NCBI GenBank assembly: GCA_037445735.1
Contig: JBBIJY010000005.1
Span: 32,001-96,000 of the forward strand
Direction: 5' to 3'
From: Armatimonadota bacterium
Lineage (GTDB): Bacteria > Armatimonadota > Fimbriimonadia > Fimbriimonadales > GBS-DC
DNA length: 64,000 nt
Numbering within the stretch: the first letter of the stretch is position 1; each line of letters begins with the position of its first letter. Both the position numbers and the translations under genes were made by a program. The notes under the pieces were generated by a model. The model saw only the letters and a list, made by a program, of their open reading frames with translations. It ran no database searches and was not told the origin of the DNA. Of the stretch, positions 17,601 to 29,521 are shown in pieces.

Positions 17601-20483
17601 TTACTCCTTCGTGATTGTTTCGTCCAGGTTGAGCATCACATGGGCAACCATGGTGAGCGCGGCGAGGCTGGCGTCGTCGTTGCCGACGAGTTTGCGCGCC
17701 GCCTCCCGATTGGTGCGGTAGCGTTCGAGCATGCGGTCGTAGAGCTGGCGCAATCGGTTCAGCTCCTGCGGCTGGGGGAAGCGCGCAGTGCAGCAGCGGA
17801 AGCCGTACCGGATGGCTTTTTCGACGGAGCCGCGCCCTGCTTTCTGCATGCGTTTCGCCAGCCCCTGCGCCGCCTCAATATATACAGGGTCGTTCAGCAG
17901 CACGAGCGCCTGCAGGGGCGTGTTGGTGCGCGGGCGGTTGGCGGTGCAGACCTCGCGCGAGTTGGCGTCAAACGCGACAAACGACGGATAGGGCGCCGAG
18001 CGCCGCCAGAAGGTGTAAATCCCGCGCCGATAGCGATCCTCACCCTCGCTCATCACCCAGCGGTCGGCATTGTACGGGATGTCCCACACGCCTTCAGGCT
18101 GATAGGGGAACACGCTCGGACCGCCAATCTTGCGGCTCAACAGCCCGCCAATTGTCAGCGCGTTATCCCGAATCAGCTCGGCTTCGAGACGGTGGCGCGG
18201 ACCACGGGCGTAGAGCGTGTTTTTGGGGTCGCGTTCCAGCAGTGCGGGCGTGACGCGCGACGATTGCCGATAAGTTGAGCTGGTGACAATCAGCCGATAG
18301 ATGGCTTTCATGCTCCAGCCGCGCTCCATGAACTCCACGGCGAGCCAGTCGAGCAGTTCGGGATGGGTGGGGTAGGCGCCCTGCGTGCCGAAGTTATCGC
18401 TGGTTTCGACCAGCCCGCGCCCGAAACAAGCTTCCCACATGCGGTTGACCTGCACGCGCGCGGTGAGCGGGTTCTCGCGCGAGACGAGCCACTTCGCCAG
18501 CCCCAGCCGATTGCGCGGCGCATCGGGCGGGAAGGGATTCAGCACCGCTGGTGTGCCCGCTTCCACCTCCTCGCCTGGATGGGTGAACTCGCCCCGAATG
18601 CGGATGGCAGCCTTCAGTGATCCATTTTGCGGGTTATCTTCCATCACCAGCGTGGTGGGGATTTGCGCCTCCAGCTGGCGTTTCGCTTCCTCCACCTCGC
18701 GCACCTGCAGGGCGTCGGAACCTGACGCGCTGACGCGGAACCGCCCCAGCACATGCTGCTTCCAGCGCTGCGATTCGAAGCGCAGGGTCAGCTCCAGCAC
18801 GCCTTCGCGCCGAACACGCACCGGTTTCTCAAACAGTAAGCCCAGCTCGTGCGGCTCACTCACGCGCGGAACGATTGCCCAGCCCTGCTCCTGCTGCGGC
18901 TCGGTGCATGTCAGCACGCTGATATCGAAGCCGTCCTGCACGAAGTCGGCGAACGCCACGCGCAGGCGCAACGGCTCGCCGTTCAGCGCGACCGACACAC
19001 CCGTCAGAATGAAGTTGCCGCTGACCGCACGCCCGGAACCTTTCTGCGGGAAGCTCTCATCAGGGATGGCTTCAATCCGAATCGCCCGATAGCGCCCCGC
19101 TAACAGACGCAGCTTGAGATGATAAATCTCCTGGTCCGATGTGTCGCCTTCAGCTTTGAGGGAGCCATCGGGGAGCGACTTCAGCAGGCTTCCCTTCTCC
19201 GCTTTGACCGCCAGCACGGACAGCGTTCGCCATTCAGGTGGGTTCGGGTATCGCTGGCGCAGCTGCGCAAGGCGTTTTTCGAGTGCCTCCAGCTGGCGTT
19301 GCTGTTCGGGCGTGGGCGCCCTGATCTGGGCTTCCAGCCACTTCTCTTCACCGACGCTCGCATCGCCCACAGGGTAAATCTTTGAGTTGTTAAAAAACGC
19401 CAGCATCGCATAATAGTCGCGCTGGGTGAAGGGGTCGTACTTGTGGTCGTGGCAGCGGGCGCAGCCCAGCGTAATCCCCAGCCACACCGTCGCGGTGGTG
19501 TCCACCCGGTCCACCAGCTTCATGAAGTGCGCTTCTGCCTGATCCACGCCCCCTTCCAGGTTCTGCATCGTGTTGCGGTGGAAGCCTGTCGCGATGCGTT
19601 GTTCCAGCGTTGGATTCGGCAGCAGGTCGCCCGCAATCTGCTCGATGGTGAACTGGTCAAACGGCATATCTTTGTTGAACGCCTCAATCACCCAGTCGCG
19701 GTAGCGCCAGATGGAGCGTCGCAGGTCTTTCTCGTAGCCGTCGGTGTCGGCGTAGCGGGCGAGATCCAGCCAGATTCGCGCCTGACGCTCGCCATAGTGC
19801 GGCGACTGAAGCAGACGATCGACCAGCCGCTCGTAGGCGTCGGGACGCCTGTCGCGCAAAAAGGCGTCCACCTCCTCGGGGCTGGGCGGCAGACCAATCA
19901 AATCGAGATAGACGCGCCGTATCAGCACCTCTTTAGGCGCTTCGGGCGACGGTTGCAACCCTTCCTGCTCCAGCCGATGCAAAATAAACGCATCGATGGG
20001 GTTGCGCACCCATGCGCGGTTCTTCACTTCGGGAATGGGCGGGCGTTCGGGCTTGATGAACGCCCAGTGCCTGGCGTTCTCCGCGCCTTCGGGCCACTCC
20101 GCACCCTCGTTGATCCAGCGTTTGATGGTCTCAATCTGTTCGGGTGAGAGCGCGGTCAGTCCCTTCGGCATGCGGGGTCCCAGCTCCTCGCCGCTGATGC
20201 GTTTCACCAGCAGGCTGGCTTCAGCGTTGCCAGGAATAATCACGGGTCCGCTGACGCCGCCCTTGAAGGCGTCCTCGCGGTTCGACAGGCGCAGACCGCC
20301 GTTGCGCCGGGTGGGTCCGTGGCAGGGGAAGCATGAGGCTTTGAAGATGGGCAGCACCTCGCGGGCGAAGTCCACCCTGCGCGGGGCGGGTTTGGGCGCA
20401 GGCACGGGCGTCTGCCACACCAGCCCCATCAGCAGCGCGGGCAAGCCACCATAAAGCCACCATAACACCGCACCGCTTTTCAT
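17601..20483 (-). CDS. PSD1/planctomycete cytochrome c domain protein (DUF1549 + DUF1553)
   Basis: CFPCH and CARCH heme motifs, WLDLARYADT, PTHPELLDWLA, NTPLQAL. Confidence 0.9.
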   Translation of the reverse strand: MKSGAVLWWLYGGLPALLMGLVWQTPVPAPKPAPRRVDFAREVLPIFKASCFPCHGPTRRNGGLRLSNREDAFKGGVSGPVIIPGNAEASLLVKRISGEELGPRMPKGLTALSPEQIETIKRWINEGAEWPEGAENARHWAFIKPERPPIPEVKNRAWVRNPIDAFILHRLEQEGLQPSPEAPKEVLIRRVYLDLIGLPPSPEEVDAFLRDRRPDAYERLVDRLLQSPHYGERQARIWLDLARYADTDGYEKDLRRSIWRYRDWVIEAFNKDMPFDQFTIEQIAGDLLPNPTLEQRIATGFHRNTMQNLEGGVDQAEAHFMKLVDRVDTTATVWLGITLGCARCHDHKYDPFTQRDYYAMLAFFNNSKIYPVGDASVGEEKWLEAQIRAPTPEQQRQLEALEKRLAQLRQRYPNPPEWRTLSVLAVKAEKGSLLKSLPDGSLKAEGDTSDQEIYHLKLRLLAGRYRAIRIEAIPDESFPQKGSGRAVSGNFILTGVSVALNGEPLRLRVAFADFVQDGFDISVLTCTEPQQEQGWAIVPRVSEPHELGLLFEKPVRVRREGVLELTLRFESQRWKQHVLGRFRVSASGSDALQVREVEEAKRQLEAQIPTTLVMEDNPQNGSLKAAIRIRGEFTHPGEEVEAGTPAVLNPFPPDAPRNRLGLAKWLVSRENPLTARVQVNRMWEACFGRGLVETSDNFGTQGAYPTHPELLDWLAVEFMERGWSMKAIYRLIVTSSTYRQSSRVTPALLERDPKNTLYARGPRHRLEAELIRDNALTIGGLLSRKIGGPSVFPYQPEGVWDIPYNADRWVMSEGEDRYRRGIYTFWRRSAPYPSFVAFDANSREVCTANRPRTNTPLQALVLLNDPVYIEAAQGLAKRMQKAGRGSVEKAIRYGFRCCTARFPQPQELNRLRQLYDRMLERYRTNREAARKLVGNDDASLAALTMVAHVMLNLDETITKE

Positions 20484-20527
20484 CAGATCGAATTATACAC
20501 CATCTCGCACCCGATTCCTGCTCGAAA

Positions 20528-22042
20528 TTAGATTCCATCGATATCGTACAGTGCGTCCAGATAGCGCAGAAGCACTTCGTCGATTATGCCACGCAGGGGC
20601 AACGAGTTCGCCATGCCATAGATAGGCGCCATGCCCGCCTCTTTGCTGGCGCTATCACCGCGCTTCACTTCGTCAACCGACTCGCGCAGGTCGTTCAGGA
20701 ACCGCTCGGCGACACCAGGCTGCGTGTGGCGCAGGGTGATGGCAATATGCGCGCCGGGCGGACGCTGAAGCGCGACCAGATGCCAGCCCCGCCGCGCCAT
20801 GCCGTCCAGCACCGAATAGATGTTGAGCGTGTCGGAAGTGAAGGCGATCAGAAAAAGCGGCTCGCCCATGAGTTTCAACTCTGGCATCGTCTCGATGCCT
20901 CTGCGAATGGCGGTAGCGGTCTCCATAATGCGGCGGGCGGCTTCAAGGTAGCCCGATTCACCCAGCGTGACCATCGCTGCCCAGCCCGCCGCGCTGAGCG
21001 CACCCGGACGACTGCCCGGCAGGGTGGGCGAGGCATAAAGCCCGCCCGGCCAGTCGGTGCAGGTGAAATACTGATAGCGGCGCAGCGACCGCCCCCGATA
21101 CAGCACCACCGATAAGCCTTTGGGCGTGTAGCCGTATTTGTGGGGGTCAACCGACATCGAGGTAACGCCCCGCACGCGAAAGTCGAACGGCGGTACAGGG
21201 TAGCCCAGCCGCTCGATGAAGGGCAGGATGAAGCCGCCCAGACAGGCATCGACATGCAGTCCGATTCGGTACGCCTGTGCCAGCTCCGCTATCGCCGGGA
21301 TAGGGTCTATCACACCGTGCGGGTAGCCAGGTGCGGAGGCGACCAGCGCAATCGTGTGGCGCGTGATGGCGCGACGCATCGCGTCCACATCGGCGCGGAA
21401 CTGGCTGTCCACTGGCGTGCGCACCAGCCGAATGCCGAACAGGTGCGCTGCCTTGTCGAAGGCGGGATGCGCCGTGACAGGTACAATCACTTCGGGCTGG
21501 GGAATGCCCCGCTCGGCACGCGCCCGGTCGCGATAGGCTTTCATCGCCAGCAAGATGCTCTCCGTGCCACCCGACGACACCGTGCCCACAATCTGCTGTT
21601 CGGGGTCATCGGTCGGCTCGGCGCCAAGCAGATGCGCCGTCATCGCGACGATCTCCGCCTCGAACTTGATGGTGCTGGGGAACAGGTCCGCGTGCAGCGG
21701 GTTGCTCTGCGAATGGAGCGCGTAGACGCGATTGAGGAACTCGATATGCGCCTCGCCGCCGTGATAGACCGTGCCCGAAGTTTGCCCCGCCTGCCATGCG
21801 GATGCCTCGCGCTCCCGCAGCGCCTGCATCCATCCCAGCACCTGCGCCTGGGACAGCCCCGTTTCTGGCAGGCGGGTGAAGGAAGGCAGCTCGCCCGTGT
21901 AGGGGTGCAGCTGTTCACGCACAACCGCGCTGACGCGCTCGTACTCGCGTTCCAGCCGCTGACGCACGCCAGGCATCTGGTGCACGGCGCGCTCCGTCGC
22001 CCGCCAGAAGCCTTTGTTGAGCTGCTGCCACCAGTTAGCCAC
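20528..22042 (-). CDS. Sphingosine-1-phosphate lyase-like PLP-dependent enzyme
   Basis: [56 protein letters not shown] start with GAGGTGG. Confidence 0.82.
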   Translation of the reverse strand: MANWWQQLNKGFWRATERAVHQMPGVRQRLEREYERVSAVVREQLHPYTGELPSFTRLPETGLSQAQVLGWMQALREREASAWQAGQTSGTVYHGGEAHIEFLNRVYALHSQSNPLHADLFPSTIKFEAEIVAMTAHLLGAEPTDDPEQQIVGTVSSGGTESILLAMKAYRDRARAERGIPQPEVIVPVTAHPAFDKAAHLFGIRLVRTPVDSQFRADVDAMRRAITRHTIALVASAPGYPHGVIDPIPAIAELAQAYRIGLHVDACLGGFILPFIERLGYPVPPFDFRVRGVTSMSVDPHKYGYTPKGLSVVLYRGRSLRRYQYFTCTDWPGGLYASPTLPGSRPGALSAAGWAAMVTLGESGYLEAARRIMETATAIRRGIETMPELKLMGEPLFLIAFTSDTLNIYSVLDGMARRGWHLVALQRPPGAHIAITLRHTQPGVAERFLNDLRESVDEVKRGDSASKEAGMAPIYGMANSLPLRGIIDEVLLRYLDALYDIDGI

Positions 22043-23384
22043 CCGTTCCACCTCGCCTCGCGGTCGACTCGTGCCGATTAAGATAATCGAGAGCCGCCTG
22101 CAGGATGGGGTCGTCGCTCTGGCGGAAGGCGTCGCGCGTGAGCGCGACCGCGATGTTGGGCTTGATGCCGACCCCTTCCAGCCGTCGCCCTTTCGGTGTG
22201 CGATAGTCGGCAATCACGCACTGCAGAAGCCCACCATAGGGCAACTGTACGGCTTTGGACGGCAGCGCGTAGCCCGGCGTCGGGCGGCCGATAATCACCG
22301 CGCGGCGCACCTCCTGCAACGCGCCTGCCATAATCTCCGCCGTGCTGACCGTTACTTCGTCGGTGAGGATTATCACAGCCCTGGTATACGCGCCCGGCTG
22401 GGGGTTCGCCACGATGGGGATAGCGCCCTCGCGCAGGCGCATCACGCCCATCGGGATCGCTTTATCGGTCAGCAACCCGGCAATGCCGCCCGCCATGATG
22501 CCAATCCCGCCGATGTTCTCCCGCAGGTCAATAATCAGCGCGCGGGTGTCGCTCAACTCACGAACGGCTTTGCGCACAGGCTCCATAATCGCGGGCATGA
22601 AGGCGTTGAAGGCAATATAGCCGATATTGCCCGTCAGCCGTCGGCTCTCCACACGCACGGGCAGCGGCGGCAATAACCCTATCTGCTGGCGCACGCCCTC
22701 TATCGGGACGCGCGTGAGCGTGACCTCGCGCTCCTCGTCTGTCAGCGTGCGACAGCGCAAACGCACCTGGCTGCCGGGCGCACCGTTCAACAGCGTGAGC
22801 ATCACATAGTAGGTCAGGAAACGGTTGACCACAGGTGAGTTGCTGGAACGGTTCGGCAGAGACAGGCGCATGGGGTCTTCCAGCTCGTTCAACCACTGCT
22901 GGACGGGCGTGCCGTCGATGGCGAGAATCTGGTCGCCCGGTCGCAGACCAGCTCGGGCGGCGGGGCTATCGGGGCGAACACGCACAATCAACACCATCCC
23001 ATCGACCAGCTGCGCGGTGATGCCGACCTCACCCTCCGTTAGTCGCCCGCGCGTCTGCCGGGTGGCAATCAGGCTGGTGGGTGGGATGACCGCGATATGC
23101 GACTGCTTCAGTTCACCCACCATCTCGTTCAGCAGGCGATAGAACTCGCTATCGCTTCGGGCGGTGCGAACTTTCGGCTCATAGCGCCGACGCACCGCCT
23201 GCCAGTCCAGCCCGCCCATCTTCGGGTCAAAATGCGAGTCGCGCACCGTGCGCCAGACGAAATCGAACACCTCCAGCCGCTGCTGCTCGTTCAGTTCGGG
23301 CTTCGGGCGCGGCGCGAGGCACAGCCCGACCCCAATCAACAGCACGGCAAGGCACAGCGGCAACAGGTTTATCGCACGATTCAT
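22035..23384 (-). CDS. S41 family (C-terminal processing) peptidase with PDZ domain
   Basis: [46 protein letters not shown]. Confidence 0.9.
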   Translation of the reverse strand: MNRAINLLPLCLAVLLIGVGLCLAPRPKPELNEQQRLEVFDFVWRTVRDSHFDPKMGGLDWQAVRRRYEPKVRTARSDSEFYRLLNEMVGELKQSHIAVIPPTSLIATRQTRGRLTEGEVGITAQLVDGMVLIVRVRPDSPAARAGLRPGDQILAIDGTPVQQWLNELEDPMRLSLPNRSSNSPVVNRFLTYYVMLTLLNGAPGSQVRLRCRTLTDEEREVTLTRVPIEGVRQQIGLLPPLPVRVESRRLTGNIGYIAFNAFMPAIMEPVRKAVRELSDTRALIIDLRENIGGIGIMAGGIAGLLTDKAIPMGVMRLREGAIPIVANPQPGAYTRAVIILTDEVTVSTAEIMAGALQEVRRAVIIGRPTPGYALPSKAVQLPYGGLLQCVIADYRTPKGRRLEGVGIKPNIAVALTRDAFRQSDDPILQAALDYLNRHESTARRGGTGG

Positions 23385-23971
23385 GGCGGACTCCCTTCGA
23401 TTTCTTCAAAGGTCTGAACAATCAGCTGCCTGGCGAGTTCCCAGAGTGCAGGCGCGCCCTGTTCGATGCGTCGGTCGAACTGAAGCACGCGCTCCAGGGG
23501 TATGCTGTTCTCACGCCAGCTGCCGCCGTTTGTGTGCGCGTTTGCCAGCACGCTCACGAGGCTATCGAGCGCAGCGGCGAACTGCGCTTCGGGCGTGCGC
23601 CGCTCGATAAACTCCTGCCAGAGCGCGCGGAACTCCTGCGCCTGTTCCAGCGGCAGCAAGCCGAAAATGCGCTCCGCCGCCCGCGCCTCCCGCTCATGCT
23701 GGGTCTGACGGGCGTCCTCGTCAAACACGAAGGTGTCGCCCGCGTCGATCTCCACAATATCGTGAACCAGCGCCATCTTCACCACGCGGAACAGGTCCAC
23801 TGGCTCATGGGCATATTCGGACAGCACCAGCGCCGCGACGGCAAAGTACCACGAATGCTCCGCGCTGTTCTCATAGCGCGAGCCGTCCATCAGGCGCGTG
23901 CGCCGCAATATCCCCTTCAGCCGATCGATCTCCACCAGAAACGCAATCTGTTGCTGGAGTCGTTCGCTCAT
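23381..23971 (-). CDS. HD-domain nucleotidase-like protein (HD_3)
   Basis: ENSAEHSW, LVHDIVEIDAGD, TPEAQFA. Confidence 0.88.
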   Translation of the reverse strand: MSERLQQQIAFLVEIDRLKGILRRTRLMDGSRYENSAEHSWYFAVAALVLSEYAHEPVDLFRVVKMALVHDIVEIDAGDTFVFDEDARQTQHEREARAAERIFGLLPLEQAQEFRALWQEFIERRTPEAQFAAALDSLVSVLANAHTNGGSWRENSIPLERVLQFDRRIEQGAPALWELARQLIVQTFEEIEGSPP

Positions 23972-24621
23972 CGCCTTCCGGGTTCCTCCAGATGTTTCTC
24001 GCGGGTGTAGCGTTCCAGAATGCGGCGAGCGAGGTTCTGGAGCATGTCGGGCAGCTCGCGCCCGCGCAGGACGCCCTCTGGCTCGCGATAGAGGGGTGAC
24101 TCCGCACCCACCCACGCGCCCTCCGCCAGATATTTGAGCGCAGAATAGGCAGGATGTCGAGGGGATAGGGCGATGCGCGGCTGGGTCTGGAAGCGCGTGC
24201 GACCGACAGGCTCACCCACCTGCGCCCGCATGCGCGCATCGAGCCGCTGCGCATAACGGGCTAACAGGATGCCCACCTGATAGCGTCTCATCGGCTTGTG
24301 CCCATCAAAATCGCGCGGAATCAGGTCGCGCCGCTTGAGCTCGATCAGCGCGTCGCGCGCCCATGCAGGATGCCTGCCCGTGAGCGCGACCTCACCCGCG
24401 CCCGCCGTGCGAATCGGCTTCTCGAACGCCTCGCTCAGCCCGCGCTCCAGATTCTGAATGAACTCCGCAGTCAGCACGGCGACCTCATAGCCCGTGAGGG
24501 GCTGATCGAGGGCGGAAGTCGCTTTTGGGGGCGATTTATGTAGACGCGGCTCCCGCGACGGCGCCTGCACCAGCATCAGCAATACGCCCGCCATACTCAG
24601 CCAGACAAGTATCGTGTTCAT
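23968..24621 (-). CDS. Hypothetical secreted protein with SLH-like repeats
   Basis: Signal peptide; LTGYEVA, HPAWA...FDGHKPMRRYQV resemble SLH repeats. Confidence 0.55.
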   Translation of the reverse strand: MNTILVWLSMAGVLLMLVQAPSREPRLHKSPPKATSALDQPLTGYEVAVLTAEFIQNLERGLSEAFEKPIRTAGAGEVALTGRHPAWARDALIELKRRDLIPRDFDGHKPMRRYQVGILLARYAQRLDARMRAQVGEPVGRTRFQTQPRIALSPRHPAYSALKYLAEGAWVGAESPLYREPEGVLRGRELPDMLQNLARRILERYTREKHLEEPGRR

Positions 24622-24883
24622 TCTCCGATCTCCTCAATGCCTGTTATCGGCTCCTGCGCGGCTGCTATCCAGAGGCAGCAACCTTCCGAATCGCCCGCTG
24701 GAGCCACGCCCTGCCTCTTTTGCTGTCCACCATGCGCACCGCTCGCAGCCCTCTGGCTCCATCCCCACTTTCCCTCCCCCTATTATGGCACACAGGCTTG
24801 CCGTCTATCGGTATATGGATTGCTGAAGCAGGGCTTCAGCAGTCCAGAGGTAATATTAGCCAGGAGGTGATAGATAGATCGAC

Positions 24884-25250
24884 ATGGAAGTCAATACGGA
24901 AGTCAATACGGCAAACGCGGCTTTACAGACGGATGATCTGCAGGAACGGTTCACAGGCTTGAAACCCGACGACAGCTGGGCGTTCTGGCATCTGACCCAG
25001 CGCGAGACCAGATACGCCACGCACGGCTATCATCGCTACCCCGCCAAGTTCATTCCCCAGCTAACGGCGCGGCTGATAGAGGAGCTTTCCAGCGAAGGCG
25101 ACCCTGTGCTGGACCCCTTTATGGGTTCAGGCACGACGCTGGTCGAAGCGAAACGGCTGCGGCGACCCAGCATCGGCGTCGACATCAATCCCGTCGCCTG
25201 CTGGATTGCGCAGGCGAAGGTGAGCGCGATCGAACCCAACCGATTATGTC
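24884..25250 (+). pseudogene. DNA methyltransferase N-terminal fragment (N4-C/N6-A type), truncated
   Basis: THGYHRYPAKFIPQL, VLDPFMGSGTT, GVDINPVA; similarity stops ~25250 with no catalytic SPPY motif before the Uma2 copy. Confidence 0.75.
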
Positions 25251-25311
25251 GCCTACCCAACGGAGTATATCGTGATTCTGCGCCAGCAATAAAGGTGCGG
25301 TATAATCTCGC

Positions 25312-26517
25312 TGGTGAGAGCGATGAGCGTTTCGGTGAAGGCACGCCGAATACCGATGAGCCGCGAGCAGTTCCTGCAACTGCCCGAAGGTCCGCCCTTC
25401 TACGACTATGTGAACGGGGAGGCTATCGAGGTGAACAAACCGACGGTTCAGCACCAGTATCTCCTCATTCGGCTGGCAAGTTTGCTGATGAACCATGTGG
25501 AATCGCGTCAGCAGGGGCTTGTGGTCGGCGATTGCAATCTGGAACTCCCCAACGGCAACATCTATGCGCCCGACATTCTCTATCTGAGTCGCGAGAATCT
25601 GGGGGCTTATGACAGGGCGCGCGGCTATGTGCGGGGTGTGCCCGATTTGATTGTGGAGATACTATCGCCTTCCACCGCCGATTATGACCGCACGCAGAAG
25701 ATGGGCGATTATGCGGCGTGCGGAGTGCCGTGGGTGTGGCTGGTGGATCAGGAGACGCTGCTGCTGGAAGAGTATCAGTGGACGCCTGAAGGCTACCTGC
25801 GACGGCAGGCAGTGGACGCTCAAACCCCCTTCACGCCCCACCTCTTCCCCGAACTCATCCTGCTGATGGCACAGCTGATCCCGCCTTCAGAAGGGGGCTG
25901 AACGGACAGAAATCTGCCATGCGCGTGAGGCATCAAGCGGTATCATGGGGATGGTGAGAGCGATGAGCGTTTCGGTGAAGGCACGCCGAATACCGATGAG
26001 CCGCGAGCAGTTCCTGCAACTGCCCGAAGGTCCGCCCTTCTACGACTATGTGAACGGGGAGGCTATCGAGGTGAACAAACCGACGGTTCAGCACCAGTAT
26101 CTCCTCATTCGGCTGGCAAGTTTGCTGATGAACCATGTGGAATCGCGTCAGCAGGGGCTTGTGGTCGGCGATTGCAATCTGGAACTCCCCAACGGCAACA
26201 TCTATGCGCCCGACATTCTCTATCTGAGTCGCGAGAATCTGGGGGCTTATGACAGGGCGCGCGGCTATGTGCGGGGTGTGCCCGATTTGATTGTGGAGAT
26301 ACTATCGCCTTCCACCGCCGATTATGACCGCACGCAGAAGATGGGCGATTATGCGGCGTGCGGAGTGCCGTGGGTGTGGCTGGTGGATCAGGAGACGCTG
26401 CTGCTGGAAGAGTATCAGTGGACGCCTGAAGGCTACCTGCGACGGCAGGCAGTGGACGCTCAAACCCCCTTCACGCCCCACCTCTTCCCCGAACTCATCC
26501 TGCTGATGGCACAGCTG
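25312..26517 (+). repeat. 566-bp direct repeat (25312-25877 and 25952-26517, period 640)
   Basis: Side-by-side reading shows no differences; flanks differ. Confidence 0.9.
25314..25901 (+). CDS. Uma2 family (PD-(D/E)xK) endonuclease-like protein, copy 1
   Basis: APDILY, PDLIVEILSPST, DRTQK, YAACGV-W. Confidence 0.9.
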   Translation: MRAMSVSVKARRIPMSREQFLQLPEGPPFYDYVNGEAIEVNKPTVQHQYLLIRLASLLMNHVESRQQGLVVGDCNLELPNGNIYAPDILYLSRENLGAYDRARGYVRGVPDLIVEILSPSTADYDRTQKMGDYAACGVPWVWLVDQETLLLEEYQWTPEGYLRRQAVDAQTPFTPHLFPELILLMAQLIPPSEGG

Positions 26518-26565
26518 GCTCCGCCATCAGACGCGGGGAGTTCTGAAGCCACAGAGCAGGTATAA
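25954..26565 (+). CDS. Uma2 family endonuclease-like protein, copy 2
   Basis: Same sequence as copy 1 except the C-terminal tail. Confidence 0.9.
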   Translation: MRAMSVSVKARRIPMSREQFLQLPEGPPFYDYVNGEAIEVNKPTVQHQYLLIRLASLLMNHVESRQQGLVVGDCNLELPNGNIYAPDILYLSRENLGAYDRARGYVRGVPDLIVEILSPSTADYDRTQKMGDYAACGVPWVWLVDQETLLLEEYQWTPEGYLRRQAVDAQTPFTPHLFPELILLMAQLAPPSDAGSSEATEQV

Positions 26566-26573
26566 TGCACTCA

Positions 26574-27376
26574 ATGCAGCCTTACTTTGCCATCAGCGAG
26601 CCAGAATGTCGGCTCTATAACGCCGATGTCCTGACGGTTGAGATCGAGCCCGAATCGGTCGATCTCATCGTCACATCACCGCCGTACAATGTGGAGGTGG
26701 TGTACGGCGCCCATCGGGATGATTTGAGCTATGAAGAGTATCTGGAGTTCTCGGAAGCGTGGCTGAAACGCTGCTACGAGTGGCTCAAGCCCGATGGTCG
26801 CTTCTGCCTCAATATTCCGCTTGATAAAAACAAAGGGGGTCAGCAGAGCGTCGGCGCCGATTTGACAACGCTGGCAAAACGACTGGGCTTTCACTACCAT
26901 GCGACCATCGTCTGGAATGAGGGCAACATCTCGCGCCGCACAGCGTGGGGTTCATGGCTGAGCGCATCGGCACCCTATGTCATTGCCCCTGTGGAGCTGA
27001 TCGTGGTGCTTTACAAGCACGAGTGGAAAAAAAGCTCCGGCTCGCGCATCTCCGACATCACACAGGACGAATTTATCGAGTGGACAAATGGGCTGTGGAC
27101 TTTCAACGGTGAGAGCCGGAAACGGGTGGGGCATCCGGCGCCGTTCCCGCTGGAGCTGCCCCGACGCTGTATCAAACTGTTCAGCTATGTGGGCGACACG
27201 GTGTTGGATCCCTTCGCAGGGAGCGGCACAACCCTGCTGGCGGCGATTCAGAACCATCGCAAAGCGATTGGTGTGGAGATTGAGCCTGCCTATTGCGCCA
27301 TCGCCCGCCAGCGCATCGAGGAGTACCTCCGCTCCCGACAGTACGCTTTACAGATTGGCGAGGGACAGGCAGTGCC

Positions 27377-27395
<19 letters not shown>
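26574..27395 (+). CDS. Site-specific DNA methyltransferase, beta-class order (N4-C/N6-A)
   Basis: TSPPYN precedes HPAPFP and DPFAGSGTT. Confidence 0.92.
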
Positions 27396-28533
<1,138 letters not shown>

Positions 28534-28546
<13 letters not shown>

Positions 28547-29163
28547 TCGGGCAGTGTCGCCCGCTCCTGCTCGCTCAGGTGGAGCTGCACTTCGGCGTCC
28601 GCCAGCTGAATCACCGTGTGTTCGTTGCTGTTGCGCAGCTCCTCTATAATCGCGTCGATCTTTTCGGGGGTGAGCTGTCGGCAGTAGATGTCGCCCACCT
28701 GCATCACGGGCGCGTCACCACAGTTGTTGAGGCATTCCACTTCGGTCAGCGTGAACAGCCCATCGGGTGTGGTCTCGCCCAGCTGGATGCCGAGCTTCTG
28801 CTGCAGATATTCCAGGATTCGGTACGCGCCGCACAGCATGCAGCTCAGGTTGGTGCAGACCTCCAGCATATATTTGCCGACGGGCTGCTTGTTATACATC
28901 GTGTAGAAGGTGGCGACGCCTTCCACTTCGGCGCAGGAGCGTCCGAGCCGATAGGCGACTTCGGCAATCGCTTCAGGTGGCAGGTAGCCGCCGTACTCGC
29001 GCTGGGCAATCCAGAGGGCGGGCAACATCGCCGACTTGCGGTCAGGGTAGTGCTGGAGGATCAGCTCCAGCTCACGGACGGCGCGTTCGGAGAATCGCAG
29101 GGTCAGCTCCTGCGGGCGTGGTGGGCGCAGTTGCGCCGAGAGCCGAATCGGTTGCTGTTCCAT
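28534..29163 (-). CDS. nuoE: NADH-quinone oxidoreductase subunit E
   Basis: VATFYTMY, CTNLSC, ECLNNC 2Fe-2S cysteines. Confidence 0.9.
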
Positions 29164-29190
29164 CGCTGGAATTGTACCTGATAGGGAGAT

Positions 29191-29515
29191 AAAAAAGAGC
29201 CCGAGCGAATCGGTCTGCCCTTTTCGGTTCCGCCTGGCTTGCTGCCGTCCTGCGGACTCGGTGCCCCGACCGACATTGCTGCCGATCCTGAGGCGCCGCC
29301 ACTCCACGAGTGAGCAGCAGGCTTCGGGCGGTTCCTATCCGCCGTTCACGCGCGCCCAACACTGGGGCGCGGGCTGCGCGTGTTGCTCCCCGCACGGTCT
29401 CTCCATCGGCTGCCCGTCGCCGGCGCAACGGGCGTCGATGGCTCCGAGCAAGGCTCCCGACGGCAGGGACACCTGCCTTCGCTCGGGCGACGGTCATCGA
29501 GTTTCCCCGATAACC
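29191..29515 (-). ncRNA. Candidate large structured non-coding RNA of unrecognised family (~325 nt)
   Basis: Consensus promoter upstream, multiple hairpins with G-U pairs and GNRA loops on the minus strand, 11-bp 5'/3' closing helix, terminal U6. Confidence 0.7.
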
Positions 29516-29521
29516 ATCCCT

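Noticed and set aside
24630-24790. Possible small ORFs on the minus strand behind CATAAT
   Set aside because: About 20-40 aa with no recognisable homology; cannot be supported
24886-24911. Tandem GGAAGTCAATAC x2
   Set aside because: Only two 12-nt copies inside the MTase fragment; not a CRISPR or iteron array
29191-29515. Assignment as RNase P, tmRNA, SRP, T-box or cobalamin riboswitch
   Set aside because: Diagnostic conserved sequences are not found; CAGGCGGAACCG resembles a T-box but lacks UGGN
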